Source of the DNA: a virus
Lineage: Duplodnaviria > Caudoviricetes
Direction: 5' to 3' (one strand)
Virus record (IMG/VR): IMGVR_UViG_2595698832_000001
Coordinates: 64,001-128,000 of that record
DNA length: 64,000 nucleotides
The notes beneath the pieces were generated by a model that was not told where the DNA came from, ran no database searches, and worked only from the letters and a program-made list of their open reading frames with translations. The number at the start of each line of letters is the position of its first letter. The stretch's first letter is position 1. Below, piece by piece: positions 33,845 to 44,206 of this stretch. Both the position numbers and the translations under genes were made by a program.

Positions 33845-34375
33845 GACCAGTTAGAATAGCAATTTCAGGAGCTCAATGTTCTGGTAAAACTACATTAATT
33901 AATTTAATGAAGAAACATAGTTATTTTAAGAATTTTGATTTCATAGAATCATTTTCTAATAAAATAGCTAAAACAAACAAGAAACACTCAGAAAATACAA
34001 ACTTAGCAACGCAGTTACAAATGTTATATTATAGTGTTAATGACTTTAAAAAATATAAATGCACCCACTGTACACGATAGATGTATTTTGGATGTTATAG
34101 TATATACAGGTATTAACAAAGACATCGGTTTAAAATTATTTACAGATTCTTTAATAAAATATTATAAACAGTTCGATTTTATTTTTGTTTTAGATTCTGA
34201 AAATATACCATTAGAATCAAATGGTGTTAGATCAATAGACCCTGAATTTAGATCTAAAATAAACAATATTTTTAAGAAAGTAGACTTAGAAAACGTCGTT
34301 CACTTAGATTCTAAATTAGACCCAGATTCTAGGATATTAAAAATAATCGAAGCTATAAAATCTAAAACTAATTAA
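33841..34375 (+). CDS. P-loop nucleotide kinase (AAA_28/NadR-like; frameshift ~34050)
   Basis: ISGAQCSGKTT, DRCILD, NGVRS; next to dUTPase. Confidence 0.7.
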
Positions 34376-34386
34376 TAGGAGAAATA

Positions 34387-34845
34387 ATGGATTTGAATCT
34401 TTATATACATAAAACAAATGAAGATGCTGTAATACCAGAAATTGCTTATAATGGAACTTCAGCAGCATTTGATATTACTTGCACCGAAACAACTGAAATT
34501 AAACCAGGAGAATCAAAAGTTGTTCCAAATGGATTAAGAATTTCAATTGATGAAAAAGATCCTTTTTATATGACCGTTCATTTAAGAAGTTCTTTAGGTT
34601 TTAAAAAAGATCTAATTCCACATATTGGTATTATTGACGCTGGATATACTGGAGATTTTGGAGTTAAAATTAATAATATTGGTAAAGAAACTATAGTTAT
34701 TGAAAAAGGTTCAAGATATGCGCAAGTTTTAATTCATAGAAAATATAGTTTTAAGTTCGTCGAACTTAATAATTCTGAATTCAAGGATTTTGAAGCTAAG
34801 CAAGAAAGAGGGTCTAAAGGATTTGGATCGAGTGGTAAATCTTAA
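34387..34845 (+). CDS. dut: Trimeric dUTPase
   Basis: AAFDI, RSS, GIIDAGYTG, AQ, RGSKGFGSSG. Confidence 0.93.
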   Translation: MDLNLYIHKTNEDAVIPEIAYNGTSAAFDITCTETTEIKPGESKVVPNGLRISIDEKDPFYMTVHLRSSLGFKKDLIPHIGIIDAGYTGDFGVKINNIGKETIVIEKGSRYAQVLIHRKYSFKFVELNNSEFKDFEAKQERGSKGFGSSGKS

Positions 34846-34886
34846 AAGATTTGCACATTTTAATAATTCTTAATAAGGATTTAAGT

Positions 34887-35129
34887 ATGAATACAATAAA
34901 ATTTTATCATAGACAAAAGGAATATATAGTTCAATCTCAAAATATTAATCAACATACATTTAATAAGAACTATAATAAAGTTCTAGCATTATTAAATGAA
35001 AATGAAATTAAATCTATTAATGAATGTGAATTAATACCAGCGGGTAAAACTGATATTTTAAAATTATCTGCAATGGGTAGTGATGGGTTAATACAAGAGT
35101 TTGAATTAAGATTAGAAAACGTTTATTAA
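34887..35129 (+). CDS. Hypothetical protein
   Basis: ATG after an AAGGA RBS, between dut and primase. Confidence 0.5.
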   Translation: MNTIKFYHRQKEYIVQSQNINQHTFNKNYNKVLALLNENEIKSINECELIPAGKTDILKLSAMGSDGLIQEFELRLENVY

Positions 35130-35141
35130 TAGGAGATATAG

Positions 35142-36218
35142 GTGTTAGACTTTGTAGATATTAAGTATTTTAAGTTAGCAGTTCCTGGACCTTATAAAGA
35201 AAGTTCTTTGGATATTGCTGTTAAATGTCCAATTTGCGGAGACTCAAAATATAAAAAATCTGTTAAAAGACTACACCTATATGAAAAACAAGGAGTTACT
35301 TTAGTCCATTGTTTTAATGGTGATTGTGAATTAAATACTCAAATGAGTTTAAGTAATTTCTTAAAGATTTATAAACCAGAATTATTATTGCCGTATAAAT
35401 CAGAGAATTTTAAATTTAAAATTAATTCAATTGATTCTAGTACCAAATCTAACATAGAAAGTAATAATGAAATAGAGACTATGAAGTCTTGTTTTGATTC
35501 TAGTGCTAGCAATACTAGCGATTCTAATGAATCTAGCAATACAAGTATTGAAAACATTACTAGCTCTACTAGCATTGAAAGCGCCAACAATGGGTTCAAA
35601 TATATTAACTTAACTTCAGTGTTAGACACTAATACAAGTAAACAAATAGAGTTTTTAAAATCTCGTGGGTTTAACGATGATACTATTAACTTTTTAGATT
35701 TTTATAATGGTACTAAATCTTTCAATTTAAATGGTGTTTATTATGGAATTAAAGATTATCTCGTAATTCCGTTTTCTAAAAATTCAAATTATTATGGGTT
35801 CTATGCAAGATCTTTGACTGAAAAAAGATTTATTAATTTTACATTGAATCAAAATTATGGAGTTTGGAATCTATTTAATATTGATTTAAATAAACCAGTT
35901 TTTATATTTGAAGCTATTCTCGATGCTTTGTCTTTTAGACAAATATACAGAACTAATCAAATAATAGCTTTAAATACTTCCACAATAGCAAAGAATGTTT
36001 TAGATTTAATAAAGTACCCTTTCTTTTGTTTAGATAACGACAAAGTTGGAATTGAAAAAATGATAAAATATAATTCGATACCAGATAGTCATTTTATATG
36101 TTATCCAAATGATTTAACACAAAAAGATTTTAATGAAATGCTTCAAAATAATATTAAAATAGAACTTGTTTTTAAGAAAGGCTTCGGCGCTTTATTACAT
36201 TTAAAATCTTTATTATGA
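35142..36218 (+). CDS. DNA primase, T4 gp61-like
   Basis: CPICGDS...HCFNGDC zinc finger; FEAILD, LDNDKVG, KDFNE TOPRIM motifs. Confidence 0.92.
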   Translation: MLDFVDIKYFKLAVPGPYKESSLDIAVKCPICGDSKYKKSVKRLHLYEKQGVTLVHCFNGDCELNTQMSLSNFLKIYKPELLLPYKSENFKFKINSIDSSTKSNIESNNEIETMKSCFDSSASNTSDSNESSNTSIENITSSTSIESANNGFKYINLTSVLDTNTSKQIEFLKSRGFNDDTINFLDFYNGTKSFNLNGVYYGIKDYLVIPFSKNSNYYGFYARSLTEKRFINFTLNQNYGVWNLFNIDLNKPVFIFEAILDALSFRQIYRTNQIIALNTSTIAKNVLDLIKYPFFCLDNDKVGIEKMIKYNSIPDSHFICYPNDLTQKDFNEMLQNNIKIELVFKKGFGALLHLKSLL

Positions 36219-36247
36219 TTTTAATTATAAATAAAAAGGATAATAAA

Positions 36248-37827
36248 ATGGTAAAAAGACAAAAGAGTATCGAAAATATAGTACTTAATTTTCCATCCAA
36301 AAATTGTGTATTAAAGGAAGTTCCATCAAAAGGCGAGAAAAATAATGAGATTTTCTTTGATAATATTTTAAATAAAAATGAAATAGACACACTTTTCAGT
36401 CCAAAAGTTTTAGGGAGTTTTGAATTAATTGGCAACGGTGATTTGAAAACCACTCTTAAAAATAATCCTAATTTATTAATAAAAGGCGACAATTTAATTG
36501 GCTTACATTCTTTAAAAAAGAAATTTGCGAATAAAGTTAAACTTATCTATATTGATCCACCTTATAATACAGGCAATACTAGTTTTAATTATAACGACAA
36601 ATTTAAACACACTACTTGGCTTACTTTTATGAAAAATCGCCTTGAAATTGCTAGGGAATTTTTAAGAGATGATGGTGTAATATTCGTTCAATGTGACGAT
36701 AACGAGCAAGCGTATTTAAAAGTACTTATGGATGATATATTTGGTAGAGAGAATTTTGTTAATTGTATTGTAGTCAAGATGAACGAATCTAAAGGATTAA
36801 AAAATGCTAATTGTCATAAAAAATTACCGAAAAATAAAGAATACATTCTACTTTATAAAAAACAAGATAATAAATCTGTATTAAAACAAATTAGATTAAA
36901 AAAATCACAAAATAAATTATCATCATATATTAAATTTTATAACAAATACATTCCAAATATTGAAAGCGATTATAAAGAATGGGAAATAAAATATTTTGAC
37001 CCAAAATTAAATAAACAAGATTATTTTAAAAACTTGATATATTTAGTAAAACCTGATAATAACATTAATATTAATATGGAAGAAGGGACTTTTGAAAAAA
37101 TAATAAATTCAAAAGGTAGAACACATTATTATTATATGAATAATGGTGTAATTATGAAAGTTTTGTTTTTAAATGAAAATCTTGATTATACTTTAGGTGA
37201 TTTATGGACAGACATATCTACAATTAACATTTGTAAAGAAGGACTGAAAACAACTATTAAAAATAGGACAAAAACCTGAAGTATTATTACAAAGAATTAT
37301 AGAATCAAGTACAAATGAAAACGACATAGTAATGGACTTTTTTTGCAGGAAGTGGCACTACCCTAGCTGTTGCCCATAAAATGAAACGCAAATGGATAGG
37401 CATAGAACAAATGGATTATATAGAAACTATCACAAAAGAAAGACTCAAAAAAGTCATAGAAGGTGAGCAAGGTGGTATCAGCAAAGCAGTAAATTGGCAA
37501 GGTGGTGGAAGTTTTGTTTATGCTGAACTTATGCCACTTAATGCAATTTATAAAGAAAAAATACAAAATTTAAATGATGAAAAAGAATTAGATAACATTT
37601 ACCAAGAGTTAAAAACTAAAGCTTTTTTAGATTATAGAGTAGACATAAATAAAATTTTAAAAGATAAAGAATTTGAAAATTTAGACTTAGAAAGCAAAAA
37701 AGAAATTTTAAAACTTGTTTTAGATTCTAATATGGATTATGTTTTGTATGGTGATATAAAAGATGAAGATTATGGTATATCTGAAGAAATAATAAAACTT
37801 AATAAAATATTTTATGAGGAGTGCTAA
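36248..37827 (+). CDS. Orphan type III R-M Mod-like N6-adenine methyltransferase (frameshifts ~37266 and ~37340)
   Basis: NLLIKGDNL, IYIDPPYNTG, then QKPE..L.RII, MDFFAGSGTT.AVAH, WIGIEQ, WQGGGSF. No Res gene follows. Confidence 0.88.
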
Positions 37828-38004
37828 ACATTCTTAAGATATAAAATCTGTAAAAATTTGTATCATTTCATAGATTTGGGTCGTATTTAAATTTAATAAT
37901 CCACTATGGTGTAAGTTTATATTAATGTTATAATTTTAAATTAAATTTTAATTTTGTATCAAGCTAAAATATATTATAATTAAGAAAATATTAAAAGGAG
38001 TTCA

Positions 38005-38919
38005 ATGACAGTAGATTTAAAACACGATATTTGGGTAGAAAAATATCGTCCTCAAAAAATTGATGACTTAATTTTACCAAATGTTTATTTAGATAAATTT
38101 AGAAAATATATTGAAAAACCGTCAAACATTTTATTAAGTTCAGTAAACCCAGGAACAGGAAAAACAAGCACAGCACAAGCCATTATAAAAGAAGGTAATT
38201 TTGAATCTTTATATATTAACGCTTCATTAGAATCTGGTATTGATACTATGAGAAGTAAAATATTACAATTTGCTAGTACTGAAAGCTTTGATGGAAAACC
38301 TAAAATTGTTTTAGCAGATGAATTTGACTACTTTGGCCAAAATGGTCAAGCAGCTGCAAGAGCACTTATTGAAGAAGTTGCTGCTAATTGTAGATTCATA
38401 TTAACTTGTAATTATGTTTCTAATATAATGCCTCCTATAGTTAACAGATTTGAAGTATTTGATTTTGATGTTGTTCACGCTTCTAATAAACAAGAACTTG
38501 TTCAAAAAGCTTTTAATTTACTAAAAGAAATCTTAGATAATGAAAAAGTTTCTTATACAAATGAGGATCTTGTTAATATTATTAAGAACTATTATCCAAG
38601 TATAAGAGGTATGATTGCTTGTTTACAAAAATGTAATTTCAATAATAAATTAGTTCTTGACATTCAAAAAGATTCTGATTTTGAAGGTTTAATTAACTTA
38701 ATTAGATCTCGCGATTTCGATAATTTAATGAAAGTAGTTTATGGTTTAACAAACCCAGATGCTTTTTATGAATATGCATTTAAAAAATTAGATATTCAAA
38801 ATAATAATAAACCACAAGCTATCATAATACTAGCTAAATATCAATACCAAAGTGCTTTCTCAAGAGATAGAAACTTAAATTTAGCTGCTTGTATTATGGA
38901 ATTAGCACCATTATTGTAA
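38005..38919 (+). CDS. Sliding clamp loader large subunit, T4 gp44-like
   Basis: WVEKYRP, PGTGKTS, DEFD, FILTCN. Confidence 0.93.
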   Translation: MTVDLKHDIWVEKYRPQKIDDLILPNVYLDKFRKYIEKPSNILLSSVNPGTGKTSTAQAIIKEGNFESLYINASLESGIDTMRSKILQFASTESFDGKPKIVLADEFDYFGQNGQAAARALIEEVAANCRFILTCNYVSNIMPPIVNRFEVFDFDVVHASNKQELVQKAFNLLKEILDNEKVSYTNEDLVNIIKNYYPSIRGMIACLQKCNFNNKLVLDIQKDSDFEGLINLIRSRDFDNLMKVVYGLTNPDAFYEYAFKKLDIQNNNKPQAIIILAKYQYQSAFSRDRNLNLAACIMELAPLL

Positions 38920-38928
38920 GGATTATAT

Positions 38929-39987
38929 ATGATTTTATATGATTTAAGTTCTTTGATTCACAGAGCTTTACATACTAGTATTAAGCAAATGAATCCACAT
39001 AAAAAAGACGGTAAATATATTACTGAAGAATTCATAAGTGGGACTATTTTTAGAATTATAGAAGAATTATTAGAAAATTATAGACTTTATAGAGGTAAAT
39101 ATAATACTATGGTTATTTGTATAGATGATCATAGTGTTCCATATTGGAGAAAATCTTTATATCCAGATTATAAAGCTCAAAGAAAAACTCAAAGAGAAGA
39201 ATCTGAAGTTAATTTTAAAGAAGTTTATAAACATATTAATATACTAATTAGAATTCTAAATGATTATACACCATTTAAAGCTATTGGTGTCCCAGGAGCT
39301 GAAGCTGATGATATCATTGGTGTATTAACTAGGAAGTTCTGCAAAGCAGAATCTATTTTAATTCTGAGTCCCGATAAAGACTTTAAACAATTGCATAAAT
39401 TAGGCGATATAAAACAATATTCAGCAATAACTAATAAATGGATCATCAATGATGACCCAGAAGGTTGGGAAAGAATACATTGTTGTTTAGGTGATGCTGC
39501 CGATAATGTACCACGTGTTGTGGATTTTTCTGAATTTACACCTGAGTTTAAAGCTTATTATCAAGGAACTGAATTAGATTTCTATAAGTTAGATGAAAAC
39601 TTAAAACTAGGTATTATTAATAATTTTAATGAAGTTTATCCTGATGTTGAAGTTTATAAAAAACAAAGATTTGGTGAAGCTGCTTTAAATAAAAAGATTA
39701 AAGAGTTTGGTTCTTTAGACGCCTTCTTAGATTCTAACGAAATATATAGACTTAATTATAATCGTAATTATAAGTTAGTTATGGATAGTGAAATACCTAT
39801 TGATATTGAATTAGAAATCTTAAAGAAATATACAGAATCTAGTACAGATTTTAATATGGAAAATCTTAATAAGTATTTTTCATTTTATAATATAACTACT
39901 TGTAGTCAATGGTTTAGTCAATTATGGAATGAAATGAGTAAACCTATAGAAATGACACCTTGGAATGTGGATTTTAGTAAGATCTAA
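38929..39987 (+). CDS. rnh: T4-type RNase H / 5'-3' flap exonuclease
   Basis: YWRK..YPDYKAQR, EADDIIG, SPDKDFKQL, GDAADNVP. Confidence 0.92.
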   Translation: MILYDLSSLIHRALHTSIKQMNPHKKDGKYITEEFISGTIFRIIEELLENYRLYRGKYNTMVICIDDHSVPYWRKSLYPDYKAQRKTQREESEVNFKEVYKHINILIRILNDYTPFKAIGVPGAEADDIIGVLTRKFCKAESILILSPDKDFKQLHKLGDIKQYSAITNKWIINDDPEGWERIHCCLGDAADNVPRVVDFSEFTPEFKAYYQGTELDFYKLDENLKLGIINNFNEVYPDVEVYKKQRFGEAALNKKIKEFGSLDAFLDSNEIYRLNYNRNYKLVMDSEIPIDIELEILKKYTESSTDFNMENLNKYFSFYNITTCSQWFSQLWNEMSKPIEMTPWNVDFSKI

Positions 39988-40049
39988 AATCCCTTCATAT
40001 CTTAACAAAAACAGGGTTTAAATCAATTTTAAATTAAAGGGGTAATTAT

Positions 40050-40598
40050 ATGACATTCTTGACTGGAGGAAATGGTTATTTAGCCAGTTTATTAAGCAAA
40101 TATACCAAGGATATAGATTATATGGCTATTTTTGGGTGTCCTAGCAGCACCAAAGATATAGATTTAAACCCAAAGAGGTTAGCTTCTACATTAGATACTA
40201 TTGTTGCAGCCAAAGAGTTCGATCGTAAGATTATTTTTGCGAGTTCAATGGGTTCTAATTATCCTGGTTTACCAGGAACTCAAGGATATTATAATCGTTA
40301 TAAAAATGTTGCAGAACATTATATAACAAATATGTATAATGATTATTTGATTTATAAAATTCCAAGAGTTTATGGGCCTAATAAAGTTAAAGGTATTTTT
40401 AAGACTTTAAAAGATGGAACTTATGATGGTTCTTTAGACACTAAAATCGATTATATTAATGAAAAAGATTTTATTACTTGGTTTGTAGAAAACACAGATT
40501 CTAATAATAAAATAATAGAATATAATAAAGATTTTAGAAGTATTAAAGTTAGTGATCTTAAAGATTTAATACTTAATAATGCTTTACATTTGTTATAA
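40050..40598 (+). CDS. Short NAD-dependent epimerase/dehydratase-like protein
   Basis: LTGGNGYL, FASS, YNRYK (YxxxK), PRVYGP. Confidence 0.75.
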   Translation: MTFLTGGNGYLASLLSKYTKDIDYMAIFGCPSSTKDIDLNPKRLASTLDTIVAAKEFDRKIIFASSMGSNYPGLPGTQGYYNRYKNVAEHYITNMYNDYLIYKIPRVYGPNKVKGIFKTLKDGTYDGSLDTKIDYINEKDFITWFVENTDSNNKIIEYNKDFRSIKVSDLKDLILNNALHLL

Positions 40599-40642
40599 AT
40601 TATATTATAGATCGGAAATAAATATCCAAAAAAGGCTCAGCA

Positions 40643-41275
40643 GTGAACGTAAGATTACGTATTATTAATAATCAGCAAGTACCAGAATTACCAAGTTTCA
40701 CAGATTCTAAAGAAGATAACTTAACTACAGATGTTAAATTAGATGTCTTAACACACCAAGAAGTAGATAGAAACTTTGCTAATATTATTACGTGGTTAAA
40801 AACTGTTAGTGATAAAATAATTGAGCAATCTACAGTTCTAAAACAATTAGATCCCGAAAATATGGAGAAACTTTTAAAAGCTGCTGAACAAATACAAACA
40901 ATTTCTGATGATATTAAAAGCTTAGAAACTAAATACAACCAAGTTAATAATGATTTAACAAATTATAAAACTTCAAATGATTTAGCTTTATCTAAGAAAT
41001 TAGATTCTATAAAAACTATAAATGGAACTGATATCACAGGTTCAGGAAATGCTGAAATTAATATAACAAGAACTCAATTCACAAATCACTTAACTAATAT
41101 TGGCATTAATGAAATTGGTAGCATAGCTATATTAGATTCAAAAACAACTTTGGTTTTTAATAATTTATATGCAGGATCTGGTTTATCTACAGACACTTAT
41201 GCATATATGCAAGGTACTTGGAAATGTACTGGTAAAATAAGTGACACTAAAGGCTTATTCATCAGAGTATCGTAA
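40643..41275 (+). CDS. Probable tail-fibre-associated structural protein
   Basis: LTHQEVDRNF, coiled coil, IKTING.DI.GSGN, GTWKCTG...LFIRVS fibre-type motifs; late motif upstream. Confidence 0.55.
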   Translation: MNVRLRIINNQQVPELPSFTDSKEDNLTTDVKLDVLTHQEVDRNFANIITWLKTVSDKIIEQSTVLKQLDPENMEKLLKAAEQIQTISDDIKSLETKYNQVNNDLTNYKTSNDLALSKKLDSIKTINGTDITGSGNAEINITRTQFTNHLTNIGINEIGSIAILDSKTTLVFNNLYAGSGLSTDTYAYMQGTWKCTGKISDTKGLFIRVS

Positions 41276-41334
41276 TCAAAAACTTAAGCAGATTTTAAGC
41301 ATTTATATAATATAATAACAAATAAGGAGATTTA

Positions 41335-42012
41335 ATGGTATTAGAATATAACCCTATCAAATTAGGTAATAGATCTATTAAAGTTCGTAATTGGAAAGTT
41401 AAAGATAGAGAACTCTATAAAAGTAAATTAAAAAATACTAGTTCCACAGAAGACGAACTTAAAGCAAGATATGAATGTTTTGTTACAAATGTTTTAGAAA
41501 ACCCGACAGCTTTAAATAACGACGAATTAGAATATTTGTTTTTATTGTTAAGAATTATAAATCTTGGTGATGATTTAAATTACAGTTGGTGGTGCAGAAG
41601 TTGTGAAAAAACTACTGATTCTAAAATTAAATTAAGCAAATTATTTACAACAAAATCAGGTAAAATCCAAGATATTGATATTGGTGATATCAAAATTGAA
41701 CTACAAGATGTTCAAAATATCGAACTCTATAATAACAAATTAAGAACTTCAGATTCACCAAGCACAGATGATTTGATTTTCCATATTAAATCAATTAATG
41801 GCGATAACACAAAAGGCTTCCAAGATATTAAGGACTACTTCAATGAGTTAGATATTAATATAATGGATAAGATTTCTGAAGCATTTGAAAAAATGATATT
41901 TAAAATTGAATCTAGGGAACATACAGTAACTTGTTCACGTTGTGGTGCTAGTTCAACTTTTAATTTCGATGTAATACCAGATATTATACCCCCAAAATGG
42001 TTAAAACGTTAA
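41335..42012 (+). CDS. Second gp26-like baseplate hub protein
   Basis: VRNWKVKD, YLFLLLR, CRSC and CSRC zinc motifs. Confidence 0.65.
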   Translation: MVLEYNPIKLGNRSIKVRNWKVKDRELYKSKLKNTSSTEDELKARYECFVTNVLENPTALNNDELEYLFLLLRIINLGDDLNYSWWCRSCEKTTDSKIKLSKLFTTKSGKIQDIDIGDIKIELQDVQNIELYNNKLRTSDSPSTDDLIFHIKSINGDNTKGFQDIKDYFNELDINIMDKISEAFEKMIFKIESREHTVTCSRCGASSTFNFDVIPDIIPPKWLKR

Positions 42013-42026
42013 GAAAGGATTAAATT

Positions 42027-42719
42027 ATGAGTATGTATATAACATATATAGATCAAGGTGCTTATAATATGATTGTTTCCGCGCAAAGAGACAATGCTTT
42101 TTTGTTACCGGGGTCTAGCACATTAGAAGTTTTTGACAGTAAATTATTTACAGCAGTTTTGGAAGCATTAGCAGATAAAAAAACTTGTAAATTCTATAAA
42201 GATATTGACGTGTTAACTTTAGAAAACTTGGAAATTGACGAGAGCGCTAACTTAGTTAAGAATTCATATATTTTCCAATTAACTTCTGCAATTAGTCAGA
42301 TTTTTACGAGAATACCACAATATACTTATTTTAGATTCCAATATCTTAATAATATATTTGCTTCACAAGGTTATTTTATAACTGATGATAATCGTGAAGA
42401 GATGTATATTAAAATTCTTGAAACTGATAATGATAAATTAATCGCTAGTCTTGAAGAATATCTTAAGATTGTGAATCAATTAAATCAATATGAAAAAATG
42501 TATCAAGAATTCTTAAATGGTTTAGATGAAATGGAAATGACAGATGATGAAGCAACTTTAGATCAAATCTTACAAGAAGCTTTAAATTATTTTACGAACG
42601 CTCAAAAGAATTTCGTAACTATGGATTATAAAGGATGGTTTTCAACAATTAAAGCAGATTATGAAAATCGCCAAAATTCAGCTCAGCCTTCAAATCAGAC
42701 TACAGACACTCAAAAATAA
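42027..42719 (+). CDS. Hypothetical helical protein
   Basis: 230-aa ORF with an AAGGA RBS. Confidence 0.6.
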   Translation: MSMYITYIDQGAYNMIVSAQRDNAFLLPGSSTLEVFDSKLFTAVLEALADKKTCKFYKDIDVLTLENLEIDESANLVKNSYIFQLTSAISQIFTRIPQYTYFRFQYLNNIFASQGYFITDDNREEMYIKILETDNDKLIASLEEYLKIVNQLNQYEKMYQEFLNGLDEMEMTDDEATLDQILQEALNYFTNAQKNFVTMDYKGWFSTIKADYENRQNSAQPSNQTTDTQK

Positions 42720-42742
42720 AGATCTAAGATAACTTAGATCTT
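42719..42742 (+). terminator. Putative terminator hairpin
   Basis: AAGATCTAAG-ATAA-CTTAGATCTT, perfect 10-bp stem. Confidence 0.6.
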
Positions 42743-42821
42743 TCTCACTTTAACATTTAAATTTCTAAATTCAAAAAACTTTAAGTTATTTTATTATATA
42801 ATAAAACAAAAGGAGATATAA

Positions 42822-43040
42822 ATGAATAACCAAAATGCAGAAGTTTTAATGAAAGATATTTTAGAAGCTGAAGCTAATATCAGTAAGTTTTTAGATTCTT
42901 GGACTTTAACAGTTTTTGAACACCAGGTATTAGTAAGATTTTTAACTAATGAGTTTATCGGTGCTAACTTTAATGATCCTGAAACTCTAAATCATTTAGG
43001 AAATAGAGCTAGGTTTTATATTGAAGAATTCATTAAATAA
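42822..43040 (+). CDS. Hypothetical protein
   Basis: Own TTAAG-N11-TATAAT promoter and AGGAG RBS. Confidence 0.6.
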   Translation: MNNQNAEVLMKDILEAEANISKFLDSWTLTVFEHQVLVRFLTNEFIGANFNDPETLNHLGNRARFYIEEFIK

Positions 43041-43142
43041 TAAGCTATATTTAACACTTTAGTGTTAATTTAAATATAAAACTAAAACAATTTACAAAAA
43101 ACTTTAAGTTGTTATATTATATAATATGAAAAAGGAGATTAA

Positions 43143-43937
43143 ATGATTTTCAAAACACGAACTAAAAAAGTTCCATTCTATGAATTTTTTGGTGACACCA
43201 TTCAAGGTGAAGGACCAAGATTAAAATCTGCAGTATTTGTTAGAGTTGCGGGTTGTAATAATACTTGTAAAGGTTTTGGATGCTCTGCAGTAGCTCCAGA
43301 TGGTTCAGTAGTAACAGGTTGTGATACTATTCGTGCAGTATCTCCAAAATTTAAATCACAATGGAAATACTTTGATAATTTCAAAGATTTAACATCAATT
43401 ATTGACCCATTAGTCACATTTAAAAACTCTGAAATTAAACATACTAAAGACATTATTTTAACTGGCGGTGAACCTTTATTATATTGGGATACTAATGTTA
43501 TTCAAGATTTCTTAGCTTATTATATTTCAAGAAAACATCAAATAACAATAGAGACTAATGCAAGTTTGGATATTGAGTTCTTTAAAGAATACCAAAAAGA
43601 AATTATGTTCAGTATGTCAGTTAAATTAAGTTGTTCAGGAGAACCTAAAAAGAAAAGAATTAATATAAAAACAATCAGTAAGATTCTTGAAAATTGTCCT
43701 AAATCTTATCTTAAATTTGTAGTTAACCCAGAAACTTGGGATACGGACTACACTGAAATAAAAGAAATACTTTATGATTTACCTATATATACTGAAGTAT
43801 ATCTAATGCCTATGGGTGAAACTCGTGAATTACAGATTAAGAATACACCATTTGTGTTTGAAAAATGTGCTGAGCACGGATTTAGTTTTAGTCCAAGAGC
43901 ACATATTTTAGCTTTTGATACTAAGGAGGGTATATGA
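43143..43937 (+). CDS. queE: 7-carboxy-7-deazaguanine synthase (radical SAM)
   Basis: TIQGEG, FVRVAGCNNTC.GF...CDT, LTGGEP, IETN, LMPMG, SPRAH. Confidence 0.88.
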   Translation: MIFKTRTKKVPFYEFFGDTIQGEGPRLKSAVFVRVAGCNNTCKGFGCSAVAPDGSVVTGCDTIRAVSPKFKSQWKYFDNFKDLTSIIDPLVTFKNSEIKHTKDIILTGGEPLLYWDTNVIQDFLAYYISRKHQITIETNASLDIEFFKEYQKEIMFSMSVKLSCSGEPKKKRINIKTISKILENCPKSYLKFVVNPETWDTDYTEIKEILYDLPIYTEVYLMPMGETRELQIKNTPFVFEKCAEHGFSFSPRAHILAFDTKEGI

Positions 43938-44197
43938 TGTTAAGTAATTATGCGCAATATAATATATTAGAAACAACTGGTTTAATTATTATTAAATTTT
44001 TGTTATTATTAGTTGAATTAGGCTTCTATGTGTCGGCTTTATTTTTAGCAGTTCTTAGCATTATCAGTGTGTTTAAAATACCAGGAGTGTTTTATAAGTT
44101 ATTCGTTTTTATTGTTTTAGGTTTAGCAGCGTTTGCTTGTTTAAGTTTAGGCTATACTATAGGTTTAACTAATATTGAATTTATATTTAAGATTTAA
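43934..44197 (+). CDS. Small membrane protein
   Basis: Two long hydrophobic segments. Confidence 0.55.
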   Translation: MMLSNYAQYNILETTGLIIIKFLLLLVELGFYVSALFLAVLSIISVFKIPGVFYKLFVFIVLGLAAFACLSLGYTIGLTNIEFIFKI

Positions 44198-44206
44198 GGA
44201 GTTAAT

